DNA of 64,000 bases from an uncultured Chloroflexia bacterium (GTDB lineage: Bacteria; Chloroflexota; Anaerolineae; Anaerolineales; UBA4823): contig CAWCPR010000001.1 in the NCBI GenBank assembly GCA_963797475.1, positions 53,284 to 117,283 of the forward strand. The letters are read 5' to 3'. This document shows positions 46,345 through 56,300 of this stretch, piece after piece. Both the position numbers and the translations under genes were made by a program. Numbering within the stretch: the first letter of the stretch is position 1; every line of letters starts with the position of its first letter. The notes under the pieces were generated by a model. The model saw nothing but the letters and a program-made list of their open reading frames with translations, was not told the DNA's origin and did no database searches.

Positions 46345-48196
46345 CCCGCCAAGGCCAGGATCGTCTGGGCTCGCGGCCGTAAGCCCATTTCATCGCCTGG
46401 GGAAGCGCAGCCTGAGACCCCCTGCGAGCTGTAAGTGTCAGTTTTACCGCTTTTGAGTTAGAGAGATCTACAGTTGGTTGTTTCAGCATTTGCGGCGCGC
46501 TGACCCGGTTGCGCCCGGCCTGCTTGGCCCTGTACATCGCCTGGTCCGCGGATTGAAGCACTTCTTCACTCGACGCCCCATGGGCCGGGAAGGCAGCCAC
46601 GCCGATCGAAATGGTGGCTTGCAGGGCGTGTTTGCCGTACGGCACGCGCAGCTCCTGGAACGCCAGCCGCCATTCCTCGGCGCGCTGCCGCGCATCCGTT
46701 TCTGCGATGTTAGGCAGCATGAGCAGGAATTCCTCCCCGCCGTAGCGACAGACGATATCGCCGGCGCGGGTAAACCCGCGCAGCAGGCGCCCCAGGGCTT
46801 GCAGCACCAGATCTCCGGCAGGATGGCCATAGGTATCATTGACCCGCTTAAATTCGTCGATATCCGCCATCGCCAGGCACAGGGGGTACTCCTCGCGCTC
46901 GGCGCGGCGGAATTCGCGATCGAGAGTCTCCTCAAGATAGCGGCGATTGAAACAGGTGGTCAGCGGGTCGCGGATGGCCTGCTCGCGTAGTTGGGCCTGC
47001 AGCGTGCGGATCTCTTCCATTTGCGCTTGCAGCTTCGCATAAGCCCGCTCGGCCTCGGCCCGGGCGGTTTGGGCGTCCTGCATCAGGTTGAAAGCCGTCT
47101 GGCGGCCTTCGTACAGCTCGAGGGCGCGCTGCTCCAGCTCCGTATGGCTGGACTGAAGGGCCTGCTGGGCCTGCCAATGCTGGGTCGTGTCGTGAAAAAC
47201 AATCACCCGCCCGTTGGGCCGCCGGCCGCGATGAACGAATGGGAAGAAAGACACCTCATAATGGCGGTCGCTGCCGTTTCGCAGTGCGAACTCGAACTGC
47301 GTGGCAGCCGGGTCCAGGCCGCTGTAAATCTGGCGCAGCGGGTCGGGCAAAATGTGCAACAGCGGGCTGCCCACCGCGTTGGGCGGCAAAGCCAGGAGCC
47401 GGCTGGCAGTGGGGTTCGAATCCACCAGCCGGTCGCGATCGTCCAAAACCAGCACGCCATCCACCATGTTTTCGAACAACACATCCCGGGCTGCCGGGGT
47501 GAAATCGATAAATTTAAAATTATAGGCGCCCCAGCTCAAAATAGCGCTCGAGCCGACCATTGCGAAAGGGATCACATCCAGCTCTTGCAGGGGCGTGATC
47601 CCGGCGATATGCAGCGCCACAACGCCGATGGTGAACAGGCTGGCTGCCAGCAGAGTGATGACCTGCTTGCGAAACAGGATGTGCGGCGAAATCAAATGGC
47701 GCGCCAGCAGAACAGCCGCGCCAATGAAGGCGAAAAAGCTGTAAGCCATGTGCAGCCAGTAGATCGGGCCGTGTCCGGCGTGCAGCATGGGAAAAGGACC
47801 CTCCAGGTTAACCGAAGCGGAAGTATAGAACAGGTGGTGCAGGTCGTTGGTGTAAACCGCAGTCAGGACAATCACCGGGATGATCCACAGCAAATAGATC
47901 CTCCAGGGTTTGAGCCATTTCTCCCGGTTGGTGTAATAAAAAACCAGGCTCAGCCATAAGGCCGGGATGACTGCCACCCCCAGGTATTCGGCCCGGACCG
48001 CCCACAGCATCCCCGGCAGCTCGGTGTTGGTCAATTCCACCCCGTAACTGAGGGCGTAGATCGCCACCGCCAACTGCAAGCTGGAAAAAACCACCCGGTT
48101 GACCGTTGTCGTCCGCCGGTAGCGAACCAGGACCGCCATGAGAACGCAAAACAAAGCCCCCACAAACAATAAAAAGATCACCAGTGTACGGAGCAT
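46277..48196 (-). CDS. Membrane-anchored (7TM) PAS-GGDEF diguanylate cyclase
   Basis: An N-terminal multi-TM region, a PAS domain and a coiled coil are followed by the GGDEF domain RYGGEEFLLMLP. Its 3' end overlaps the convergent MDR gene by 68 nt. Confidence 0.9.
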   Translation of the reverse strand: MLRTLVIFLLFVGALFCVLMAVLVRYRRTTTVNRVVFSSLQLAVAIYALSYGVELTNTELPGMLWAVRAEYLGVAVIPALWLSLVFYYTNREKWLKPWRIYLLWIIPVIVLTAVYTNDLHHLFYTSASVNLEGPFPMLHAGHGPIYWLHMAYSFFAFIGAAVLLARHLISPHILFRKQVITLLAASLFTIGVVALHIAGITPLQELDVIPFAMVGSSAILSWGAYNFKFIDFTPAARDVLFENMVDGVLVLDDRDRLVDSNPTASRLLALPPNAVGSPLLHILPDPLRQIYSGLDPAATQFEFALRNGSDRHYEVSFFPFVHRGRRPNGRVIVFHDTTQHWQAQQALQSSHTELEQRALELYEGRQTAFNLMQDAQTARAEAERAYAKLQAQMEEIRTLQAQLREQAIRDPLTTCFNRRYLEETLDREFRRAEREEYPLCLAMADIDEFKRVNDTYGHPAGDLVLQALGRLLRGFTRAGDIVCRYGGEEFLLMLPNIAETDARQRAEEWRLAFQELRVPYGKHALQATISIGVAAFPAHGASSEEVLQSADQAMYRAKQAGRNRVSAPQMLKQPTVDLSNSKAVKLTLTARRGSQAALPQAMKWAYGREPRRSWPWRVTRAEKRKLPGWPENLPGWRAY

Positions 48197-48220
48197 GAGG
48201 CTTGTGTTATCCCTGTATAA

Positions 48221-48276
48221 GTGTTGGGCGCGCTTTGCGGGCCACGCAACACGATTTTAGATAAACATCAAAATAG
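48221..48276 (+). repeat. Copy E of conserved bipartite ~60-nt motif
   Basis: GTGTTGGGCGCGCTTTGCGGGCCACGCAACACGATTTTAGATAAACATCAAAATAG. It lies in the divergent intergenic region between the GGDEF and cyclase genes. Confidence 0.7.
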
Positions 48277-48387
48277 TATTGAGAGATACTATACCTGTAA
48301 ACCCGCCATGCGGCAATGGCGCAGGACGCCAGTTAAACAAAATGCAAAGTGCCGCGAGAATTTTGCGCCTGGAAACCGGGATCGTGG

Positions 48388-48416
48388 TTGACGCGCCCCT
48401 TTGCATCTGGTATAGT
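48388..48416 (+). promoter_or_regulatory. Sigma-70-like promoter (TTGACG-17-TATAGT, extended -10 TGG) upstream of the cyclase-ATPase-TPR gene
   Basis: Hexamer match and spacing read directly. It lies about 75 nt upstream of the ATG at 48492. Confidence 0.45.
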
Positions 48417-48491
48417 AGCTCTATATTTTCCCTTAATCGATTTCAATTGTCCGGTTAATTCCGAGCCAGGGAGGCGCGACTCGGTGAAACG

Positions 48492-51284
48492 ATGAAAAAC
48501 AACCATTCCTCGCCAGAAAAGATTTCTGATGCTCATTCTGGCGCCGTCACCTTTCTTTTCACCGACGTTGAGGGCAGCACCCAGCTCTGGGAGCAGCACC
48601 CTGAAGCCATGCGGTCTGCTCTCGCCCGGCACGACGCCCTGTTGCGAAACATCATCGAAACCCTGGGTGGACGGGTGATCAAAACCACCGGCGACGGCCT
48701 GCATGCCGTCTTTACACACCCCAGCCAGTCGGTATCGGCGGCCTTATCCTGCCAGGAAGCCCTGTTTCACGAGTCATGGAGCGGTCTGCCCGGCCCCATA
48801 CGTGTGCGTATGGGCCTGCACACTGGCGAAGCTGAGCTGCGGGACGGCGATTATTACGGCTCAGTGGTGAACCGCGCCGCGGGCTTGATGTCGATCGCCG
48901 CCGGGGGACAAACCCTGCTCTCCGCGGCCACTTGCGAGCTGGCGCGCGAGCAACTGCCTGAGGCAGCGCTCATCCGGGATTTGGGCGAGCACCGTCTCAA
49001 GGACCTGACCCGCCCCGAGCACATTTTTCAGCTAAGCAGCCCCGGTCTGCCCAGCGATTTCCCAGCGCTGCGCTCACTCGACGCGCTGCCCAACAACCTG
49101 CCCTTGCAACTGACCAGCTTCATCGGGCGCGAGGGCGAGATGGCAGAGGCGAAACGCCTGCTGGCGGCGACGCGCCTGCTGACCCTGACCGGGCCGGGCG
49201 GCACCGGCAAGACCCGGCTCTCGCTTCAAGTGGCTGCGGAAGGTTCCGATGATTACCCGGCCGGCGTCTGGCTGTTGGAGCTGGCTCCCCTATCCGACCC
49301 CGCCCTGGTTCCGCAGACAGCCGCGTCGGTTTTAGGGGTGCGCCAGCAGCCAGGCCGCCCGCTGGTGGAGGCCCTGATCGATTACTTGCGGGCGAAATCG
49401 CTCCTGCTGATCCTGGATAACTGCGAACACCTGGTCGACGCTTGCGCCCAACTGGCGACGACCCTGCTGAGCGCCTGCCCGAAACTAAGGATTTTGGTGA
49501 GCAGTCGCGAGGCCTTGGGTGTGGCGGGCGAAACGATCTTGCGAGTCCCTTCGCTTTCCTTGCCGGATCTTCACGCATCGACGCCCCAGGCGCTCAACCC
49601 ATCCGAAGCTGTACGGCTTTTCGTCGAGCGCGCCCAGGCGGCCCAGCCGGGCTTCGCCCTGACGGAGGCCAACCTGGGCGCGGTCGTCCAAATTTGCCGG
49701 CGGTTGGACGGCATCCCGCTGGCGCTCGAGCTGGCCGCGGCGCGCCTCAAGCTGTTCAGCGCCGAGCAGATCGCGGCACGCCTGGACGACCGTTTCCGCC
49801 TGCTCACCGGCGGCAGCCGCACCGCCCTGCCCCGCCAGCAGACCCTGCGCGCCCTGATCGATTGGAGCTACGACCTGCTCGACGAAGCCGAGCGAAAGGC
49901 CTTAAACCGCCTGTCTGTGTTCGCCGGCGGCTGGACATTTGAGGCGGCTGAAGCCGTCGCCGGCCCCGAGACGCTGGAGCTGATGTCCCGCCTGGTGGAC
50001 AAATCCCTGGTCGTCGTGGAGGATGCAGCCCAGGCCGGCGAAAAGCGCTACCGCCTGCTGGAGACCATCCGCCAGTACGGAGGCGACAAGCTGCTGGAAT
50101 CCGGCGAGTCGCAAGCGGCCCGCGATCTGCACCTGGCAGCCTATCTTTCTCTGGTTCTGGAGGCTGAACCGAAGCTGGACAGCCCGGAGTTAGTGCGCCG
50201 GCTGGATCGCCTGGAACCTGAGCTGGACAACTTTCGCCAGGCAATGGAATGGGCGCTGGAGCGCAGCCCGGAAGCCGCGCTGCAAATTTCCGCCGGCCTG
50301 CTTGCTTACTGGCAGGTGCGCGGCAACATCAGCGAAGGCCAGCGCTGGCTGAGCGAGAGCCAGGCCCGGGTTGAGGCGTTAGCGCCGGTGGAAGGGGAAG
50401 CCAAGCGCCAAAGACTGGCCTACCGGGCCAAGGGGTTGTGGGTGGCCGGGACCCTGGCTTTTGAAAATGGCGAGCTGAATGCCGCCCGCCTCTCGTTGGA
50501 AGAAAGCCTTCCATTGGCGCGCCAATCCGGAGAAAAGAGAACGCTCAGCAAGGCGCTGGGGATGTTGGGATTTACAGATGTGTGGTTAGGCGACGCCGCA
50601 GCGGCGGAGGCGGTGATCGAGGAAGATCTCAGACTCGCCCAGACCACGCACAACAGCCAGGATATCGTCATGATCAAGGCGGTCCAGGCTAACCAGGCCG
50701 CCCTGATCCAGCATGACTTCGCCGCAGCAAAAGCTTACACCCAGGATGTCTTCCGGCTCCTGCACGAGAACCCTGGCAATCCCTGGACCGCGGCCGTGTA
50801 CATTATGGGTTTGGGAACCATGGCTGCCTTTCGAGGAGACTATAGCGAAGCGTTAAGAAACTTTAAGGAAGGCGAAGCCTTGTTCCGCTCGTTCGGCGAC
50901 CGGCACATGGTCAACGCCATGCAGAGCGAACGGGCGCATATTGAGCGGCGGCTGGGCAATCTCGCCCAGGCCGCGGCGCTCTATTCGCAGACGCTCCTGA
51001 GCTGGCAGGAGATCGGAAACCGGGCCGCGCTGGCGCATGAATTGGAGTGCCTGGCCTTCATCGCCGCGGCGCAATCCCAATTCGAGCGGGCGGCGTGTTT
51101 GCTGGGAGCCGCCGAGGCCTTGCGCGAAAGCGTCAATTCGCCCATGCGGGCCGTCGAGCGCGACGAATACGAGCAGAATGTGTCCGCCTTGCGCGCCCAG
51201 TTAGAGCCTGAACAATTCGCCGCGGCCTGGGCCGAAGGCCGGGCGTTGACGATGGAGCAGGCAGTCGCCTATGCCGCCGCGTAA
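48492..51284 (+). CDS. Class III adenylate/guanylate cyclase domain - P-loop (NB-ARC-like) ATPase - TPR protein
   Basis: Cyclase motifs VTFLFTDVEGST and IKTTGDGLHAVF. Walker A LTGPGGTGKTRLS. Long helical/TPR C-terminus. No LuxR HTH. Confidence 0.9.
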   Translation: MKNNHSSPEKISDAHSGAVTFLFTDVEGSTQLWEQHPEAMRSALARHDALLRNIIETLGGRVIKTTGDGLHAVFTHPSQSVSAALSCQEALFHESWSGLPGPIRVRMGLHTGEAELRDGDYYGSVVNRAAGLMSIAAGGQTLLSAATCELAREQLPEAALIRDLGEHRLKDLTRPEHIFQLSSPGLPSDFPALRSLDALPNNLPLQLTSFIGREGEMAEAKRLLAATRLLTLTGPGGTGKTRLSLQVAAEGSDDYPAGVWLLELAPLSDPALVPQTAASVLGVRQQPGRPLVEALIDYLRAKSLLLILDNCEHLVDACAQLATTLLSACPKLRILVSSREALGVAGETILRVPSLSLPDLHASTPQALNPSEAVRLFVERAQAAQPGFALTEANLGAVVQICRRLDGIPLALELAAARLKLFSAEQIAARLDDRFRLLTGGSRTALPRQQTLRALIDWSYDLLDEAERKALNRLSVFAGGWTFEAAEAVAGPETLELMSRLVDKSLVVVEDAAQAGEKRYRLLETIRQYGGDKLLESGESQAARDLHLAAYLSLVLEAEPKLDSPELVRRLDRLEPELDNFRQAMEWALERSPEAALQISAGLLAYWQVRGNISEGQRWLSESQARVEALAPVEGEAKRQRLAYRAKGLWVAGTLAFENGELNAARLSLEESLPLARQSGEKRTLSKALGMLGFTDVWLGDAAAAEAVIEEDLRLAQTTHNSQDIVMIKAVQANQAALIQHDFAAAKAYTQDVFRLLHENPGNPWTAAVYIMGLGTMAAFRGDYSEALRNFKEGEALFRSFGDRHMVNAMQSERAHIERRLGNLAQAAALYSQTLLSWQEIGNRAALAHELECLAFIAAAQSQFERAACLLGAAEALRESVNSPMRAVERDEYEQNVSALRAQLEPEQFAAAWAEGRALTMEQAVAYAAA

Positions 51285-53352
51285 ATTTGCCGACCTCGAA
51301 TTGGGCCTGCTGCCCCAGGAACCGGGCAGCTACCGCCTCGATTTCCGCTTCGAGCTTCCCGATAGCGAAACCGATCTGCGCTCGGCGAAGATGGTCGCCG
51401 AGATCAGCCCGGATGCACTGCTGCGCTTCCTGCCCGGCGAGGCGGAGTACGGCAGAGCGCTCACCCAGGCGCTCTTTCAGGACCCCGAGCTCAAGGAGAA
51501 ATTCGCCGCGGCCCTGGCGGTCTGCCAGCAGAACGATCTCGCCTTGCGCCTGCGCCTGGTGATCGACGGGCGAGCGCCGGAGCTGCACGACCTGATCTGG
51601 GAATCGCTGCGCAACCCGCTGGACGATACCCCCCTGGCCACCAGCCAGAACATCTGCTTTTCACGCTACCTGGGCGGCAAGGACTGGCGACCAATGCCAC
51701 TGCGCCGCCAGTCGCGCATGTTCGCCCTGGTCGCCGTCGCCGCCCCGGACGACCTGGAAGACTTCCACCTGGCGCCGATCGACGCTGAAGCCGAGGTCGC
51801 CCGCGCCCGCGCCGCGCTGGGAAACATCCCGCTGACCACCCTGGGCCGCAAAGCCGGCGGCGACCCGGCTACCTTGAACAACCTGGCGCGGCTGCTCAGC
51901 CAGCGAAAGGCAGGCGGGCACAGCCACTTCGATATCCTGTATCTGATCTGCCACGGCAGCCTGCAGCGCGGCGAAGCCTGGCTGTGGCTCGAAGATGAGG
52001 CCGGGAAGGCCGCCCGGGTCTCCGGGAGCGAGCTGGCGACTCGCATCCAGGAGCTGCCGGAGGCGCCCATGCTGGTCGTGCTGGCGTCCTGCGAAAGCGC
52101 CGGCAGCGCCCAGGGCCGCGCCCTGGCTGCCCTGGGCCCCAACATCGCCCAGGCCGGCGCGCCGGCTGTGCTGGCCATGCAAGGCAAGATCAGCCAGGAG
52201 ACCAGCGCCCGCTTCACGGGTGCCTTTTTCCGCTCCCTGGCGGACCAAGGCGTGGTCGACCTGGCGGCAAGCGTTGCCCGCGGCGAGGTCAGGGACCGGG
52301 ACGATTACTGGATGCCGGCTTTGTTCATGCGCCTGCGCAGCGGGCGCATCTGGTACCAACCCGGCTTTGCGGGGGACAGCTCCGACCTGGTCATCTGGGA
52401 TGGCTTGCAGACATTCGTAGAGGAAAAGCTGTGCACCGCGATCCTGGGCCCGGAGCTGGCCAGGCCTTTGCTGGGCGACGAGCGCGAGATCGCCCTGAAA
52501 TGGGCCGACAGCCATGGCTACCCCCTGGCTTTCCAGGACCGGGGTGATTTATCCCGCGTGGCGCAGTACGTGGCCACCAACCAGAAAATTCGCTATCTGC
52601 GCATCGCCTATTACAAAGCCTTGCGGGAGGGACTGCTGGAACGCCTGCAAGATCCCCTGCCTGAAAATCTCGGGGATCCCGAACAATGGAAGCCGGATGA
52701 CCTGCTGCAGGCGCTGGAGCTGTCCGCGGCTGCCCGCTGGACGGAGGCCGCCGAAAACCCGTACCGCCTGCTGGCCCAATTGGGCTTGAAAATCTACATC
52801 ACCGCCGGCCAGGACGACCTGCTGTGCCAGGCGCTCAAAGAACGCGACGGCGACATCCAACCTGAGACGCGCATGTGCCCCTGGAACGAGGCGGTGCGCC
52901 TCGACCCGAGTCTGTGGATGTATGACGACGAGCCCACACCCGAGAAACCACTGATCTACCATTTGTACGGCCATTACAGCCAGCCGGCTTCGCTGGTGCT
53001 GACCGAAGACGATTATTTCGACTACATGATCAGCATGACCGTCCACCGCGACCTGATCCCGGATTCGGTCAGCGCCGCCCTGGCCAATTCGGCCCTGCTG
53101 TTCCTCGGCTTCCAGTTGGAAGACTGGCAGTTCCGGGTCTTTTTCCGCATGGTCATGAACCAGCCGGGAGCCCAGGGGCTGGAGCAGTTCAGCCACGTGG
53201 CGGCCCAGATCGCGCCGCTGGAAGGGACCATCCAGGACGCCGAGCGCGCCCGCCGCTACCTGCAGCGCTACTTCATGTCGGACCGCAAACAGATCGACCT
53301 GTACTGGGGGACCAGCATCGATTTCCTGCAAGACCTGGTTAGACGCCTGTGA
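51271..53352 (+). CDS. CHAT (caspase-like) peptidase fused to SIR2-like (SIR2_2 type) domain
   Basis: CHAT dyad DILYLICHGSL...VVLASCESAGS. C-terminal IYHLYGHYSQPASLVLTEDDYFDY...LLFLGFQLEDWQFRVFF resembles a SIR2_2 fold. The ATG overlaps the last codons of the upstream gene. Confidence 0.8.
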   Translation: MPPRKFADLELGLLPQEPGSYRLDFRFELPDSETDLRSAKMVAEISPDALLRFLPGEAEYGRALTQALFQDPELKEKFAAALAVCQQNDLALRLRLVIDGRAPELHDLIWESLRNPLDDTPLATSQNICFSRYLGGKDWRPMPLRRQSRMFALVAVAAPDDLEDFHLAPIDAEAEVARARAALGNIPLTTLGRKAGGDPATLNNLARLLSQRKAGGHSHFDILYLICHGSLQRGEAWLWLEDEAGKAARVSGSELATRIQELPEAPMLVVLASCESAGSAQGRALAALGPNIAQAGAPAVLAMQGKISQETSARFTGAFFRSLADQGVVDLAASVARGEVRDRDDYWMPALFMRLRSGRIWYQPGFAGDSSDLVIWDGLQTFVEEKLCTAILGPELARPLLGDEREIALKWADSHGYPLAFQDRGDLSRVAQYVATNQKIRYLRIAYYKALREGLLERLQDPLPENLGDPEQWKPDDLLQALELSAAARWTEAAENPYRLLAQLGLKIYITAGQDDLLCQALKERDGDIQPETRMCPWNEAVRLDPSLWMYDDEPTPEKPLIYHLYGHYSQPASLVLTEDDYFDYMISMTVHRDLIPDSVSAALANSALLFLGFQLEDWQFRVFFRMVMNQPGAQGLEQFSHVAAQIAPLEGTIQDAERARRYLQRYFMSDRKQIDLYWGTSIDFLQDLVRRL

Positions 53353-53367
53353 GCCCCCCACCGGACG

Positions 53368-56300
53368 GTGCGCTTGAATGAGACGCCAGAAAACCCCGCC
53401 AATCCGTTCGTCGGGCCGCGCGCCATCGAGTACGGCGAGCCAATTTTCGGCCGCCAGAACGAAACCCGCAAGCTGACCAACCTGATCCTGGCCAACCGCA
53501 TCCTGCTGTTGTATTCGCCCTCCGGAGCGGGAAAGTCGTCCCTGATCCAGGCCGCCTTGCTGCCGCGCCTGGAAGGGCGCAACTTTCTGGTTCTCCCGAT
53601 CATGCGGGTCAACCTGGCGCCGCCAATTGCGCTTGAAAACTCGGCGGGTATAAACCACCCGGCTGGGTTTAACCGCTATATTTTCAGCGTCTTGACTTCG
53701 CTGGAGGAAGGGCAGCCCGCAGAAGAACGCCTGCCGGTCGAAGCGCTGGCGGGCATGAGCTTCGACCAGTACCTGCAGCGTTACGAAAGCAGCCGCATCC
53801 TGTTGATCTTCGACCAGTTCGAAGAGATCCTGACCGCCGACCCGCTGGACCGGGAGGCGAAAAACGCCTTCTTCGAGCAGGTTGGGGAAGCGCTGGCTAC
53901 GCCCAACCGTTGGGCCTTGTTTGCCATCCGCGAGGATTATTTGGGGGCTATGGAGCCTTACCAGCTCCTGGTGCCGACCCGCTTTAAATTCACCTTCCGG
54001 CTGGACCTGCTGGAGAAGGAAGCCGCCCGCGAAGTCATCCAAAGCACAGCCGCCCAGGGAGGCGTGGATTTCAAAGCGGATGCCGCCAGCCGGCTGGTGG
54101 ACGATCTGGCCGAGGTCAAGGTCCAACTGGCGGACGGCAGCCTGGAAGCGCGCACCGGCGATTACGTCGAGCCGGTCCACCTGCAGGTGGTGTGCAGCCA
54201 CCTGTGGGAGAAGCGCAACCCGGGCGCGGCCGAGATCACGGCGGACGAGATCGCCGAAATCGGGGGCGTGGACGAATCGCTGGCTTTTTATTACGACCAA
54301 AGGGTCGCCCAGGTCGCCCAGGAGAGCGGGGTGAGCCAGCGGTTGATCCGTTCCTGGTTCGAAAACGAGCTGATCAGCGAAAGCGGCATTCGCAGCCCGG
54401 TGCTGATGGAGCCGGGGAGCAGCGCCGGCCTGGCCAACGCTGCCATCCTGAAGCTGGTGGACGCCCACCTGGTGCGGCGCGATGCGCGCCAGAGCGCCAC
54501 CTGGTTCGAGCTGGCCCACGACCGGCTGATCGCCCCCATCCGGCGCAGCAACAGCCTGTGGTTCGAGCGCAATCTGAGCGTGCTCCAGCGCCAGGCCGCC
54601 CGCTGGCAGCAGGAAAACCGCCCGGACCACCTGCTGCTGCGCGGCGAGACCCTGGCAAGCGAGGAGACCTGGGCCGCCGGCCACCCGGACGAGATGACCC
54701 AGGAAGACCGGGCTTTTCTGGAGGCCAGCCAGGCCCTGCGCCAGAAAGAGGAGGCCGCCCAGCGCCTGGAAGCCGAGATGCGCCGCTCGCGCCTCCAGCG
54801 CCGCTTCCTGATCGTGGTCATTACGCTGCTGGTCGCAGCGGTCATATTCGGGGTCTTTGCATTTATTCAGACAATTAACGCTGCTAATCAGGCTGCCGCG
54901 AACGCCGCCCTGGCGTTCCAGAACCAAAATATTGCCAAGACGGCCCAAAATGCAGAAGGCGCAGCGCTGACGGCGGAAGCCGCGGCGCGCAGCCAGCAAG
55001 CCAACGCCGAATCAGCCCGGGCGACGGCCGACGTCCTGCGGGTGACCGCCGAAGCCGGGGCGACTGCCGAGGCCGATCAGCGCCTGCAAGCGGACAACGC
55101 CAAGAAGATCGCCCAGCAGCAGGCATCCCTATCTCTGGCCCGCCAGATGGCGGCCCAGGGGCGCAACTACCTGAGTGTGGACACCCGCATCGCCGCCCAG
55201 TTTGCGCTGGAATCTAACCTCATCACCCGCACCTGGGAGAGTAGCAGCCTGCTACTCGACCTGGTTTTGGGCACGACTGGAGACGCCATACAGGAATACG
55301 GCCCGCCGATCCCCTCCCAGGAAGGCGCCATCTTTTCCATCGCCCTCAGCCCGGACCGCCAGCGGCTGGCCTGGGGCACGCTGAATGGCTACGTGGCGGT
55401 CTGGAATTACCAGGAGGGCCGCATGGAGTGGCGCCAGGCAAAACATAACGGCAATGTCCTCAGCCTGGCCTTCAGCCCGGACGGCAAATGGCTGGCCTCA
55501 GGCGGGGTGAACCCGGAATTGAACATCTGGGATGTCGCCAATGGGACGGTGGTCGCCAGGTTGAACGTCACCAACCGGGTTTACGGCCTGGATTTCCACC
55601 CGAGCCAGCCCTGGCTGGCAGCCGTCAACTTGAACGAGATCCGCATTTACGACACGAACACCTGGACCGAAATCCCGGCGATGCGCTACCCAACCGAACC
55701 GGATTGGATCCAGGATATCACCTGGTCGCCGGACGGCAGCCTGCTCGCATCGGCCGAATTTGCGGATGAAAACCCGCCCAACAACGGGATCGTGGTCTGG
55801 GATGCGAGCACACAACAGCATAAACTCTCCTTTCCGAATAATTTCAGCCTGTACAGCCTTTCCTGGTCTGCGGAGGGGGACTTTGTGGCAGCCGGCAGCA
55901 CAGATGGGAGGGTCATTGTCGGGAATATGCGCACCGGAAAGGAAGTCCCAACCGGCATCGCCTCTACCGGTCAGGACGTGCGCGGGGTGGCCTTCAGCCC
56001 GGATGGCAAGGTCTTCGTTAGCGGCGGGGAGGACCAGGCCATCAGCCTGTTTTCAACCAACGGGTATACACCCATCGGGCAGCTCAAACTGGATGACCCG
56101 CCGCGGCTCATTTACGATCTCGAGTTTCCACCGCTGCGAGGCGCCAACCTGCTGGCTGCCGCCCAGAATAACTTTAATACGGCCAGCTACAACGTCGGGC
56201 TGTACCTGATCGCCCCCGAAAACCCGCTCAGCAGCGAGTTGTCCAGCGGGCAAGGGGCCGTACGCGGCGCGGCCGCGCTGCCGGACGGCGGGTTACGGCT

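Noticed and set aside
48492-53352. Assigning the locus to CBASS or Pycsar because of the nucleotidyl cyclase domain
   Set aside because: Neither adjacent protein has a recognisable cNMP or cyclic-oligonucleotide sensor domain (CAP/cNMP-binding, SAVED). The cyclase is the actinobacterial AC-ATPase-TPR type. The call is kept generic.
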